Position numbers and translations under genes: made by a program. Shown piece after piece: positions 24,682 through 37,557 of a stretch of DNA of 50,220 nt. The first letter of the stretch is position 1. Every line of letters starts with the position of its first letter. The notes below the pieces were generated by a model. The model saw nothing but the letters and a program-made list of their open reading frames with translations. It did no database searches and was not told where the DNA came from. This DNA comes from Octopus sinensis (Eukaryota), in NCBI RefSeq assembly GCF_006345805.1, contig NW_021834253.1, forward strand, positions 1 to 50,220, in the 5' to 3' direction.

Positions 24682-25062
24682 TGGAAGCACTCTGTCGGTT
24701 ACGACGACGAGGGTTCCGGTTGATCCGATCAACGGAACAGCCTGCTCGTGAAATTAACGTGTGAGTGGCTGAGCACTCCACAGACACGTGTACCCTTAAC
24801 GTAGTTCTCGGAGATATTCAGCGTGACACAGAGAGTGACAAGGCCGGCCCTTTGAAATACAGGTACAACAGAAACAGGAAGTAAGAGTGAGAGAAAGTTG
24901 TGGTGAAAGAGTACAGCAGGGATCACCACCATCCCTGCCGGAGCCTCGTGGAGTTTTAGGTGTTTTCGCTCAATAAACACTCACAACGCCCAGTCTGGGA
25001 ATCGAAACCGCGATCCTACGACCGCGAGTCCGCTGCCCTAACCACTGGGCCATTGCGCCTCC
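24682..25062 (-). mobile_element. SINE family C, full-length and well preserved
   Basis: Reverse complement of ggaggcgcaatggcccagtggttagggcagcggactc...gtttcgattccc (A/B boxes) through ccctcgtcgtcgtaaccgac; homologous to 34185-34570. Confidence 0.9.
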
Positions 25063-25718
25063 ACTGCGCACACATACACACAATCTGTTGCACTTGTGGC
25101 CGCACATGAACGACAAGTACTCAGTAAAGCCAGTGTAGGAGCATGTATGTGATCACTTCGCTTGTTAGAAATAGTTACTTCCACAGGAAAGCAAAGGATA
25201 TAATTAATAATGTATTCCTAGATATCTTTAGGAAGTCAGGACGGTCATTGTTGGGGTTTGCTTGATTTAAAGTTCTGTTCATTTAAGACTATGTGACTAA
25301 ATAACAATAACAGGTAGTCAAGAACAGACTTGTCGATGTGATGGTCACACTGGAGTGGATCTGATTAACCATTGCTTATCAAGGCCCATGTGTGTATTAT
25401 GCGAGCGCGTGCGTGTGTGTATGCGCATTGTTGCTATGATAATACAAAGATTCGAGCCAGTTTCCAATTTTTCCAATTAAAATTTTCCCGATATTAAATT
25501 CGCAAACAGAAAAGGTTATCCACTCAGACAGTAAGCAGCAACATAACAACAAACACACCACCTTTTAACAACAAAATGGCAACGAATTGGTAGAATTGTT
25601 AGAGCGTTAGACCACATTCCTAGTGCCCCACCGCCAACCCACTCACCATCACAGGCCATTCATTTTCTGTAACAAATTCAAAATAACAGTATTTCACAAG
25701 CAAATCTTAACCTTCATA

Positions 25719-26115
25719 GGCGTAGGAGTGGCTGTGTGGTAAGTAGCTTGCTTACCAACCACCTGGTTGCAGGTTCAGTCCCACTGCGTGGTACCTTGGG
25801 CAAGTGTCTTCTACTATAGCCTCGGGCTGACCAAAGCCTTGTGAGTGATTTGGTAGTTAGAAACTGAAAGAAGCCCGTCGTATATATGTATATATATGTA
25901 TGTGTGGGTATATGTTCGTGTGTCTGTGTTTGTCCCCCAACATCGCTTGACAACCTATGCTGGTGTGTTTGCGTCCCCGTAACTTAGCAGTTCGGTAAAA
26001 GAGACCGATAGAATAAGTACTAGGCTTACAAAGAATAAGTCATGGAGTCGATTTTCTCGACTAAAGGCGGTGCTCCAGCATGGCCGCATTCAAATGACTG
26101 AAACAAGTAAAAGAG
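25719..26115 (+). mobile_element. SINE family B, full-length
   Basis: Head, short internal (TA)/(TG) tract, tail gactgaaacaagtaaaagag. Confidence 0.9.
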
Positions 26116-27209
26116 TAATTGACCCTTATTTTCTTTGTTTTGCTTTTTTTTACATCCATTGCTCCGTTTCGGTCACCTCATTATCACCCCGTTTTTCTTC
26201 AACGACCCCTGGATCTACTCGGTGTAATACTTCTCAGTGTTTGCCCTTATTCTCATTGCTCGAATTTTAAATTACAAAACGGTGCATCATGTTTTTCATC
26301 CCTTCGTGGTCGATATAAAAAGAAAAACATTGCCAGTCCAAAGCTGTGAGTTGGTGAAATTATTGGAGCATCGCACAGATACGTTCCAGTTTCTGTCTGG
26401 TTCTGAGTGCAAACCTCATCCCGCCACTGCAAAACAGTGATGCTTCTGTAAAGAGTTGCAGCCGAAAGATGATATCAATAATTTGAAAAGAAAAAGAATA
26501 AAGTAAAAATTAAAAAAACAATGGCAACACTAGCTTCCTCGGTCTGATCAGAAAATCGACTGCTGCCGCCATCACTACCATAACAACGCGAACGCATTAT
26601 AGCTTTTTATTAGGTAAATGCATAGTAGCTGGGAAGCAACGGGTCGATATGGAGACTAGACTCGTTCGATCAAGTCACTATCTGTTATAGATTATTTGCA
26701 CTATTAAGGTTGACATGGGAATTAAAAAGAAACAAACACGAAAAGTAAAAGGCCATATATTTTCATGATACGCATAAGTCGAACATCTGAAATGAGGTGT
26801 AGTCACGACTTTCTAAATCCTTAATGCCTGCTTTTATGCTTGTTTTATTGTGCCACATTCCGCCAATTGATTGCAAATGAAAGTCCGTTCAATAGACAAA
26901 ATATCACTCTAGATCACAGCATCACAAACATGTCAGTTACAAAGCGAGCCTGCGTTTTACAACAAAGACAGTTAAGGGAAAATGAAAACAATAAAAACAT
27001 GTTTAAAGAATTATTGATTTCTGATATCGTTCATCTTCTTATCGTCACATGACGACTGCGGTCACGTAGTGCTCCTGGCTACGGTTGAGACAGGGAAATC
27101 CCTGATCGTTGTCTTCAGAGATTAAGTTCAAAGCTATCACTTCTTTCATTTTCAGAGCTGCAGCCGACAGTACATTGAGAACAGCAGTATCTGTGACCTG
27201 CAAATAATC

Positions 27210-28358
27210 TTTTCTGTTATAGGCACAAGGTCTGAAACGTTGGGGAATGGGGTTCACTCAACGCCTTAGTAATAATTTGAAATCTGAATGTAAAGTCGGA
27301 ATGTGGTAATGAGACTTTCCTACTATAAGCACAAGGCCTGAAATTTGGTTAGGGGGGTGTAGTCGACTACATTGACCCCAGTGTTTCACTGATACTCAAT
27401 TTATCGACCCCGAAAGGAAGAAAGGCAAAGTCGACCCTTCTATTGTAGGCGCAAGGTGCTACAATATTGGGAGTCGGTTCTATACGATTATATGTACCCA
27501 ATTTCTTGACTAGTACTTATCTTATCGATTCCGAAAAGATGAAAGGTGGAATTTAAACTGTGAACGTGAAGACGGATGAAATGCTGCTAAACGTTTCGTT
27601 CGGCGTGTTAATGATTCTTCAAACACGGCACCTCAATGATTATGATGACAACGACGACGACGATGACGATGATGATGACGATGACGACGATGATGATGAT
27701 GATGATGATGACGACGACGACGATGATGATGATGATGATCCTTTCTACTAAAAGCATAAGACCTGGAATTTTGGGAGAAGGGACAAGTCAGTTACATCGA
27801 CCCCAGTACACAACTGATACTTAAGTTATCGACCCCCCCTGAAAGGATGAAAGGCAAAGTCGACCTCGGCCGAATTTGAACTCAGAACGTAAAGAACCGG
27901 ACGAAATGCTGTTATGCATTTTGCCCGGCCTGCTAAGTTTCTGCCAGTTCACAGCTTTAATGTTGATGATGATGACGATGTTGATGATAATGATGAAGAT
28001 GATGATAATACTGATGATGATGATAAGGAGGAGGAAGATAATGGAGGAGGATTATGAGGATGATGATGAAGATAGTCCTTCCTACTATAAGCATAAGGCC
28101 TGAGTTTTCGGGAGAGGGGACTACACGATTACATTCGACTCCAGCGTTTCACTGGTCCTTAATTTATCGACCCCGAAAGGATGAAAGGCAAAGTCGACCC
28201 CGGCGGAATTTGAACTCAGAACGTAGCGACGGGCGCAATACAGTTAAGAATTTCGTCCAGCGTGCTAACGATACTGCCAGCTTGCCGCCTGAACGTTGAT
28301 GATGATGATGACGACGACGATGAAGCCGATAATGTTGACGATAATAACAATAATATTA

Positions 28359-28391
<33 letters not shown>

Positions 28392-28399
28392 TAATAATA

Positions 28400-28459
<60 letters not shown>

Positions 28460-28739
28460 TCAAATTTTTGTCACAAGGCCTGCTTGGGGAGGTGGGGATG
28501 AGTCGATGAAATCGACCCCAGTGTTCAACTGGTATTTATTTTATCGACTCCCCTCCCTCCGAAACGAAGAAAGGCAAAGTCGACTTCGGCGAAATTTGAA
28601 CTCAGAACGTAGCGGCGGGCGAAATACAGCTAAGCATTTCGTCCAGCGTACTAACGATGATGATGGCGATGGCAACGACGACGATGGTGATGATGATGAT
28701 GATGATGAGGATGATGATGACGACGACGACGACGATGAC

Positions 28740-28790
<51 letters not shown>
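27210..28790 (-). mobile_element. Cluster of six or more family A SINE copies/fragments alternating with (GAT)n/(AAT)n tracts
   Basis: Repeated cacaaggcc...atcgacccc...gatgaaaggcaaagtcgac units at about 27210, 27315, 27420, 27740, 28077 and 28460, several preceded by trinucleotide tracts. Confidence 0.85.
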
Positions 28791-28793
<3 letters not shown>

Positions 28794-29634
28794 TTGTGTT
28801 GACGGCAAATGCTCGCAAGATGCTACAGGAAGGATATTTTCAGCAAAGGTTAAATTTATCTTTCGTGTTGTTGATTATTTTTATAGAAGCGTTTCGTATA
28901 TTGATGTTTAAAACATATGTAGAGCGTAGCTGTCAGCGTTTAAAACTGTGTGTGCGTGTGTAAGAATGTTTGTTGTGAAGTGAGGGAGCCAGGAACAAGT
29001 GAACCCTAATGTATCAGCAACCTAGATTATTAAACTTAGATTCGACCCTATGCAATGTGTGTATGTGTGTGTGTGCGTGCGTGTGTGTATGTGTGTGCGT
29101 ATGTATGTTATGTATCTTCATGATTGATGAGATTTTGTATTTTCTTTGGTTAGTAGAAAACTGGTAACACGTGTTCTCGTGGTTTAATTAAGGGTTGCTA
29201 AGTGGCACAAGCTACACATAATGATGGAGAGCATAGTTAATTAAACTAACCTCTGTACCTCAGTGGTACTTGTTTTATCAGCATTAAAATGATGAAAAGT
29301 AACAATCCAATCATTCCCGGGGGTGAATTTGAACTCAGAATATAAAAAAGCTTTCTGGCCGATGCGTACGCAACCAAGTCTCCTACATGCTCACTTCCTT
29401 ACTGCTACTACTACTACTACTACTACTAACTACTACTACTACTACTACTTGTAGTACGATACCAATACTCAACTGGTACTTATGTAAGGTCAAATTCGAC
29501 TTACCCCCACATCCCCCAAGCTGCCCTTGTGGAAAAATTTGAAAAAATAATGATTACTATTATTATTATCACCATCAACATCATCATCATCATATCATCA
29601 TCATCATCATCATCATCAGCATAATTGATATGAA

Positions 29635-30015
29635 GGCGGCGAGCTGGCAGAATCGTTAGCACGTTCTGAGTTCAAATTCCGCCGGGGTCGATAACTTAAG
29701 TACCTGTGAAACACTGGAGTCGATGTAATCGACTTAATCTCCTCCTCCGAACGAAAGGCAAAGTCGGAGGAGATGCCGCCACGCATTTTGTTCGATGCAC
29801 TAATGATTCTACCCGTTTTCTGCTTTCAATAATACTGGTTTCAAGTTTTAATATCAGGCCCGAAATATTTTGGAAGGGAGGAGAACGGTTAAGCGATTCC
29901 GACTGGTACTTGTTTTATCGATCCCGAAAGGATGAGACGCGAAGTCGTCCTCGGCAGAATTTGATTTCAGAGCATCAGGACGGCAGACGAAATACTGTTA
30001 AGCGTTTTGACCAGA
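29635..30015. mobile_element. Two family A SINE fragments in opposite orientations
   Basis: Plus copy 29635-29745 (internally deleted) and minus copy about 29820-30015. Confidence 0.75.
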
Positions 30016-30022
30016 GTGAATA

Positions 30023-30118
<96 letters not shown>

Positions 30119-30122
30119 TAAT

Positions 30123-30770
30123 AATCCCGCAATTGCAACAGGGTGGATGAAACCATTGTCCATATTGCGAATGAATGCCCTAGACTTGACGAAAACCACT
30201 TCAAGTTGTGGTGACACGACCAGGTATCGAAAGTGCTACATTGGAAACTGTGCGGAAAGTGGGGGATAGAGGGAGGCAAGACGTGGTATAAGCACAAACG
30301 GCAGAGAGTGGCAGAGTCAGAGACTAGCAAAATCCAAACAAATCAGGTGCTACAGCATAACAGACTGGGCCTAGTGGTGGGGGACAAGGTGCATCACATA
30401 TGCTATATAGTTGACATTGCATGCCCCTTTGGCCCACGAATAGTCAAAAAGGAAGGAGAAAAGATAGTTAGATACAAACCTCTTATGTACGAAATTGCCC
30501 AAGTATGGAAAGCGAAGAAGGTGAAGATAGTGACAATTCTTATTGAGTTCTTGGGGACAGTATCAGAAGGCATCACAGGAAATATAAAGGAAATCAAAAT
30601 AGAGTGCCCAGTAGAACTGTTACAAAAGATTTGCCTCCTTGACATGGCCAGAATAATCGGGAAAGTATTAGAGAGCTGAAAAGAACGAATAGCACGGTAC
30701 CGTAGGCTGCAAGTAGTAAGCCCGCTACGCATGCAAGACTCCAGGTGCTCTAACAAAACCTGTAATAAAG
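30123..30770 (+). mobile_element. 5'-truncated R4/Dong-like LINE: CCHC finger, (R)HD motif and restriction-like endonuclease, 3' UTR
   Basis: Translation RNCNRVDETIVHIANEC...W*HDQVSKVLHWKLC...HNRLG...IVDIACPF...EKIVRY...LLQKICLLDMARII; embedded between (AAT)n tracts on both sides. Confidence 0.85.
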
Positions 30771-30800
30771 AGAAAAATAATAATAATAATAATAATAATA

Positions 30801-30860
<60 letters not shown>

Positions 30861-30996
30861 CTATTATTATTATTATTATTAATATTATTATTATCATCAT
30901 CAACATCATCATTATCATTATTATTATTATTATCATTATTATTATTATTATTATTATTGAGTGAGAGAGCAGTGCATGCCATTATTATTATTATTA

Positions 30997-31034
<38 letters not shown>

Positions 31035-31036
<2 letters not shown>

Positions 31037-31270
31037 TGGAATAGGAAGAATTTGGAGCATGCGAACAGTAAAGGTCGTGTCTATAATAATTGGTGCGCTA
31101 GGATCAGTAAGCCAAGATATAGACAAATGGCTGAAGGAGATTGAAATAGAATGCCCTGTAAAGCTCATACAGAAATTTTGTCTCTTAGGGAAAGACTGCT
31201 GGAAACTTGTGGATACCTAAGGTTACAGGTAGTAACCTGCTATCTACATAATCCTTACCAGGAAACAAAC
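31035..31270 (+). mobile_element. Short R4/Dong-like RLE C-terminal fragment
   Basis: RIWSMRTVKVVSIIIGALGSVSQDIDKWLKEIEIECPVKLIQKFCLLG, paralogous to 30500-30678; preceded by (ATT)n. Confidence 0.8.
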
Positions 31271-31344
31271 CAAAATAATATTGATTCGATAATAAATGTT
31301 ATTGAACACAACTCTCCAAGTCAGCAATGCTTGGTAACTGATAG

Positions 31345-31660
31345 ATAACCTGCAGAATGGCTTCGCTGCATTGGACACGCGTGGTTGGTAGAAATTCTGT
31401 GCCTGCAGAATTTGTCTCTAAAAGTATACTTCCCGATAGCACTGCCAGGCCAAAGATTTCAGAAAGCTATAAGCCCTCCTGAACGGACCATCCAGTTAAT
31501 TCTTGTCACTGTCGAGAGTTCGCCGAGAATGTCATCGCTATTCACCACCACCGCACTATTCTTTATAGAAAGCTAAAGTGGAAATTAATTTGGGATGTTT
31601 GCCTGACTGTTAGAGGGCACTGTGGAGCGAGCATCTGACAACATTCCAGACGTCAGACAC
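31345..31660 (-). mobile_element. Older degraded copy of the Tx1/L1-clade LINE
   Basis: Shares tagcactgccaggcca with about 10277-10292; minus translation FLKSLAWQCYREV and RDKFCRH...ACP parallels FQRSLAWQCYREA...RDKLYRH...TCPRC. Confidence 0.7.
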
Positions 31661-31722
31661 TTTGACTACGTTTGATCGAGACAATAACAGCAATAACAGT
31701 AATAAATAAAAATAACGCTTAT

Positions 31723-31916
31723 AAGGCGCAGGAGCGGCACTGTGGTAAGGCGCAGGCGTGGCTCTGTGGTAAGTAGCTTGCTTCCAAACCACATGATTCC
31801 GAGTTCAGTCCCACTGCATGGCACTTTGGGCAAGTGTCTTCTATAGCTTCGGGCAGACCAAAGCCTTGTGAGTGTATTTGGTAGATGTAAACTGAAAGAA
31901 ACCCGTCGTATATATA

Positions 31917-31956
<40 letters not shown>

Positions 31957-32143
31957 TCTCCTACCATCGCTTGACAACCGATGTTGGTGTGTTAATGTCC
32001 CCGTAACATAGAGGTGCGGCAAAAAAATACGATAGAGAATAAGTACTAGGCTTACAAAGAACAAGTACTGGAGTCGATTCGTCCGACTCAAAAGGCTGTG
32101 CTCCAGCATGGCCGCAGTCAAAATGACTGAACCGAGTAAAAGA
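31723..32143 (+). mobile_element. SINE family B with a duplicated ~24-bp head
   Basis: aaggcgcaggagcggcactgtggt followed by aaggcgcaggcgtggctctgtggt. Confidence 0.85.
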
Positions 32144-32894
32144 ATAACAGAATAATAAATAGTTGCGACGATAGCAGCAACGAGAGCAATAAAACATAAA
32201 CAACAACAACAACAACAGCAGCAACAACAACAATAACACGATGGTAGCTATAAATGGTTGTGTCAATGACAATAAGGAACGTCAAAGGTACGGTTGAGTT
32301 AGTTCAGCTGAAGCTTCCGCACAGAAAGGTTCGTGGTTTTCAAATGGAATCCTTCTAAAAGACTCCAAAGCAGTCAGTTCCAGAAATTTGAATGTCAGCC
32401 GTCACAGTAGCTTTTCTTCAATGGCGCTTATGAACTCTCAGCCGCCACCCGCCACCCAACCTTTTCAGCATGCTTCTAAGTCCCACCCTGCCGCTTTTTT
32501 CTGCCCTCTCCACCCATCCTTCTCTCTCACCATACATACATACATATCTGTGTGTGAATGTGTGAGTGTGTGTGTGAATGAGTATGTGTGTGAGCGTTAC
32601 ACAGACATACATGTATGTCTGTTAGCACGCCGGGCGAAATGCTTAGCGGTGTATGTATGAATGTATGTATGTATGTAAGCATGTATATGCATATAATCTA
32701 TGTGTGTGGGAGCTTGCGTGTATGTTTATATGAATATAAGTTGTACACTTCGTGCTGGCAAGAACTTTATGTTTCGCCTGACGGCTTATTCAATCTCTTT
32801 CTTTCAACAAATAACTTGTATTATTTCTATTTATCTATCTTTCAACACACACACATATATATATGTGTATATAATATATCTTTATATACATATG

Positions 32895-32936
<42 letters not shown>

Positions 32937-33041
32937 TAAGAAAGTTGGTTTCATATATACATACTTAGAGATGGATGAGTTGCGTTCAATTAAATAATAA
33001 TAATAATAATAATAATACACACACACACCACACACACACAT

Positions 33042-33103
<62 letters not shown>

Positions 33104-33383
33104 TCATATATGGGTACAGGACGTCATCAGCGGTGCAAATAACATGAAATACGTACGAGAACCGGGACAAGTAAACACAGAGAAAGAACCCTTCATCAGT
33201 TGTCGGCTGTCTATCTACCCATCATTTCATTATATATCATTTATTATTATTATTATTCCTTATTTTATTTAAGTACCAGTTGCGTACTGGGGTCGATCTA
33301 ATCGACTGGCCCTCTTCACCCCCCCCCAAAAAAAATTTCGGGCCTTTTGCCTAGAGTAGAAAAAATATAATCAATCTTTATAA

Positions 33384-33789
33384 GGCGGCGAGCTGGTAGA
33401 AACGTTAGCACGCCGGGCGAAATGCTTAGCGGTATTTCGTATGCCGCTACGTTCTGAGTTCAAATTCCGCCGAGGTCGACTTTGCCTTTCATCTTTTCGG
33501 GGTCGATTAAATAAGTACCAGTTACACACTGAAGTCGATATAATCGACTTAATCCGTTTGTCTGTCCTTGTTTGTCCTCTCTGTGTTTAGCCCCTTGTGG
33601 GTAGTAAAGAAATAGGTATTTCGTCTGTCTTTACGTTCTGAGTTCAAATTCCGCCGAGGTCGACTTTGCCTTTCATCCGTTCGGGGTCGACTAAATAAGT
33701 ACCAGTTACGCACTGGGGTCGATATAATCGACTGGCTCCCTCTTCCCAGATTTCGGGCCTTGTGCCTAGAGTAGAAAAGAATATAATTA
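33384..33789 (+). mobile_element. Family A SINE dimer (A2 copy plus 5'-truncated A copy)
   Basis: Junction gtagtaaagaaataggtatttcgtctg, the same as the junction at about 17243 in reverse complement. Confidence 0.9.
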
Positions 33790-34184
33790 GTCTTACAATG
33801 ATTCTTCTTTTCAGTGTTATGCATAAACAAAACCTTAGAAACCTCTCATACAATAGTTTCTACGTTTTAACATCGTATGTTCAACTCCTATCTACTACCT
33901 CCAACTCTACTAATTTTTACCTCTGGTTTATAATTGTTCTACCCTTAGATAACCTTCCTCGGTTTACATTCAATTACCTTTCCACTATTATCGCTCTCTT
34001 TTGCCTTTTATTGTACGTATCTTTTGTATTGCCTTATTTGAAAACATTTCTCTTCTTTCTATGCTATAAAGAAAGAGTTCATATATTAATTTCTATTCAA
34101 CAACTTCATCACACTTTAAACATTTGTCTACTACCTCCAATTCGTACAATTTTACCTTTAGTATACAATTACGAGTGAATATGT

Positions 34185-34570
34185 GGAGGTGCAATGGCCC
34201 AGTGGTTAAGGCAGCGGATTCGCTGCTGCAAGATCGCGGTTTCGATTCCCAGACCCGGCGCTGTGAGTGTTTATTGAACGAAAACACCTAAAGCTCCACA
34301 AACCCCGACAGGGGGTGGTAGCGAACCCTGCTGTATTCTTTCTTCCAGTTTCTGTTGTATCTGTATTTTCAGCTAGTAAAAATGAGTAACACCTGTATTT
34401 CAAAGGGCCAGCCTTGTCACATTCTGTGTTTCGCTGAATCTCCCCGAGAACTACGTTAAGGGTACATGTGTCTGCGGAGTCCTCAGCCACTTGCATGCTA
34501 ATTTCACGAGCAGGCTGTTCCGTTGATCGGATCAACTGGAACCCTCGTCGTCGTAACCGACGGAGTGCCA
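34185..34570 (+). mobile_element. SINE family C, full-length
   Basis: Homologous to 24682-25062. Confidence 0.9.
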
Positions 34571-34584
34571 TGACGAGTGAATGC

Positions 34585-34835
34585 GCATGGCCTAATTGTT
34601 AGGGTGTTGCACTAACGATCGTAAGTTTGTTGTTTCGATTCGCGGACCGGGAAGAGCGTCGTATTGCTAAGTAAAACACATTTTTTTCAAGTTGCTCCAG
34701 TTCACCCAGCTGTAAATGATTAACCGAGCGATAGATAGCGTCCTGTTCAGGAGAGAGTTGGGATCCCCACCACTTACACGCTATGGAAACCGGAACTCCG
34801 AGTTTTAGGACTCCAGACAATAATGCCTAATGATG
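34585..34835 (+). mobile_element. Degenerate Meta-like SINE
   Basis: tggcctaattgttaggg head, gttgctccagttcacccagctgtaaatg central motif, (GAT)n tail. Confidence 0.65.
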
Positions 34836-35249
34836 ATGATGAGGAGGAGGAGGGGGATGAGAGGAGGAGGAGGAGGATATAATTATACATGTTATTCTAC
34901 CGCTCTACTTCCTTCCGAAAGTAGTACGTTTTCATTCTCTCTCTCTCTCCCTTTCTAACCCTCTTGCTCTTTATCTTTAACATCTTCCACACTTCCCGTA
35001 TTTGAAAACAATTACTTTATTTAACTATATAATTCAAACATCTTTCAGCTCCATTTATTTTCTTTTATCTTCTCCATCGTTCTTTCAATCAACTACCAGT
35101 TCCCTTCATAAAATACTTATCTTTTCTATTTTAATTCACATCGTAATATATTACTCTTTATTTTCAGAATTCCCTAAATCAAGACAACCTTTAACGATGA
35201 ATGTGTTCGCTTTATTGCTCTTTATTATATTTTCATCATTATTTTAATT

Positions 35250-35830
35250 AACCAAACTTATAATTTAATAAGCTTGAAATACCTTTCGATGTTTGCATTT
35301 GATAACATAATAAAATTATAATTGGTAACCGATCTTGCCTAATTCGGAATCTTTAGCTCCTATAATCAGAAACAACTGATACGACCCAATTTATTTTTTG
35401 CAACTAACAATTTTTTAAGTTTATTTTACTGTTTCCTATGATTAATAAGTCTTAGATGCCATCCTTTATATTACAATTATTCGCTTTAGCCTCTTTCTTT
35501 TTAACTTTACGTTAGTCTTTTGCTTCCATCTTTTATCTAGGAGCTCGATTTCTATTTAGAAGGTTCTACTGAGTTTAAGGATGCTTCTTAAATTATTACA
35601 TCTGCTTTGAAGGATTTGCCATTTGGGAATATATTTGGATTCTTGCATGGGCCTGGGTTTCCAGTTTTGTTGATGTGTTTTTGCATGTGATATATTTTTC
35701 GTGTTCGTAGTGCATTTTTAGCTAACTTTTAGGTAGGGGTTGTCGAAAAAAATTTTCTATAATTGTGGTTGTGAAGGAAATGTTTGTTTATTAGGATGAA
35801 TAAATCTCTTGCTTAATTAGATTCTACAGT
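35250..35830 (-). mobile_element. Highly degraded Penelope-like element ORF remnant (RT/GIY-YIG linker region)
   Basis: Minus translation across frameshifts, LFILINKHF..HNYRKFF..YLKVS*KCTTN and CKNPNIFPNGKSFKADVII*EA, resembles FLxLIDKHFP...KIFNRxxxKVSYSC and CxxxxxCPLNGKCxxxxVIYQA of Penelope-type ORFs. Confidence 0.55.
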
Positions 35831-36318
35831 GAGACGTGAGATGCGAGGCATATAACATTACGACATCCCTGTTTCTTTGTCGGAAGGCTAGGGGCAAGGT
35901 GAGTAGCTGATTTCTTTGAAATTGATAGCTAATATTTTATCTTATTGCTGTAAGCGGTTACCCTCTTACCCATGACCGGTATTCGAAAAACAATTTTTTC
36001 AATAACCCCTATTACACTGTTGGGATACGTCACGTTCAACCGACGAAAACCCACATAAATTCATGAATGCTCGATTTTTGCCTCACTTTAGATCCTTTTT
36101 ATATTTGTTCTTCCCCCTTTCATCGACTTTCACACATTCTCCCATTCCTCTACTTTTTTTTTTTTTCACACGACACCCATCTCTTTTCTCACTATTTTTA
36201 AAGATGCTTTAAGCTCCCCGTAATCACATACACAATTTTGTCTCCGACTCGATCTCAATCGACATACACGTTTATCCAACTTCTCCAAAATTAACACCTG
36301 AAACAGTCAAGGAACAAT

Positions 36319-36319
<1 letters not shown>

Positions 36320-36375
<56 letters not shown>

Positions 36376-36401
36376 ACACACACACACATATACATACATA
36401 C

Positions 36402-36432
<31 letters not shown>

Positions 36433-36530
36433 CATACATACATACATACACGCATACATACATACATACATACATACATACATACACGCATACATACATA
36501 CGCACACATACATACATGCATACATACAGA
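36320..36530. repeat. (CT)n and (CATA)n microsatellites
   Basis: Direct reading. Confidence 0.95.
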
Positions 36531-37208
36531 TATATGTCGCGAATGCACGTGCGCACATATATGCGTGCACGTGCAGCCATTGTGTGTAAGGAATTTCCTC
36601 TTAAAATCATCACAAGCAGAATAAAATATTGCCATTTCATTAAGTATGTCGAATATGTTGGTTCCGGTTCAGTGGAAACGATGACACGTTTTGAAGAATG
36701 GCATTGCTTACTGTTTGCCTATTCTTCGAGGATATTTCAAACGATAACAATAAAATAAAAATAGTAATAATAACAATATGCTACTCAAGTTGTCAGATGA
36801 AATACTTGGAATAATATATTAATCAGCCTCCCGTGGAGCTTCTGTGTTTTATATATGTCTGGTGCTTCAGCATGGCCACAGCTTTTTGGTCAGAATCGCA
36901 TAATAAGAATAACAGAATATGTGTGTGTGTGTGTGTGTGTATGTGTGTGTGTGCGTGCGCGTATGTGTGCAATGAATATGTACATATGTATGTATGTGTG
37001 TATGTATGTATGTATGTATGTATGTGTGTGTGTTGACTTGTTTACGTCCCCGTAATTTAGCGGTTTGGCAAAAGAAAACCGATAGAATAAATTCCAAATT
37101 TCACCAAAACATAAATGGGAATCGTGTGTGTGTGTGTGTATTAAGTAAAATAAGACAACAAAACCGAGGCTGTGAGAAATTTATAGGACATTTATAAAGA
37201 GAAAGGTA

Positions 37209-37256
37209 GTCTTACAGCTGTTTCAGGGATATTAGGGCTATCCCTTCATCAGAGAC
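37209..37256 (-). ncRNA. Type I minimal hammerhead ribozyme with canonical core
   Basis: GUCU-CUGAUGA-AGGGAUA(gcccuaa)UAUCCCU-GAAAC-AGCU-GUA-AGAC: stem I 4 bp, stem II 7 bp, palindromic stem III, GUA cleavage triplet. Confidence 0.85.
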
Positions 37257-37513
37257 GATATGAGAGAGTTAACTAGAGATAAATAGTAGAGTTTAATATA
37301 AGGAGTCATTTTGGAAAAGGTCGGGCATAGGAAGTATAAAGGGAAATAAGAGAATAAGAATAAAAACAAATATATGCGTAGGATGTTACAGTTGCAGTTC
37401 CATTATCCAAGGAAAGTGCTTATTTCCTTTTATACTTCCTATATCCGTCCTTTTCCAAAATAACTCCTTATATTGAACTCTAGTATTTCCCTACAGTTAA
37501 CGCTCTCATATTT

Positions 37514-37557
37514 CTGATGAAGGGATATCCTTAATATCCCAGAAATAGCTATAAGAC
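37514..37557 (+). ncRNA. Hammerhead ribozyme motif, stem I disrupted
   Basis: CUGAUGA-AGGGAUA(uccuuaa)UAUCCCA-GAAAU-AGCU-AUA-AGAC; the upstream GUCU partner is lost. Confidence 0.65.

Noticed and set aside
33113-33235. Two CUGAUGA motifs on the minus strand in a short repeat fragment
   Set aside because: No downstream GAAA core or stems; at most a PLE-type repeat remnant.
33790-34180. AT-rich segment with a minus-strand CLKCDEVVE, zinc-finger-like
   Set aside because: Too degraded to assign to a LINE family.
36560-36640. Signal-peptide-like MKWQYFILLVMILRGNSL (minus)
   Set aside because: Runs into a microsatellite with no convincing donor site.
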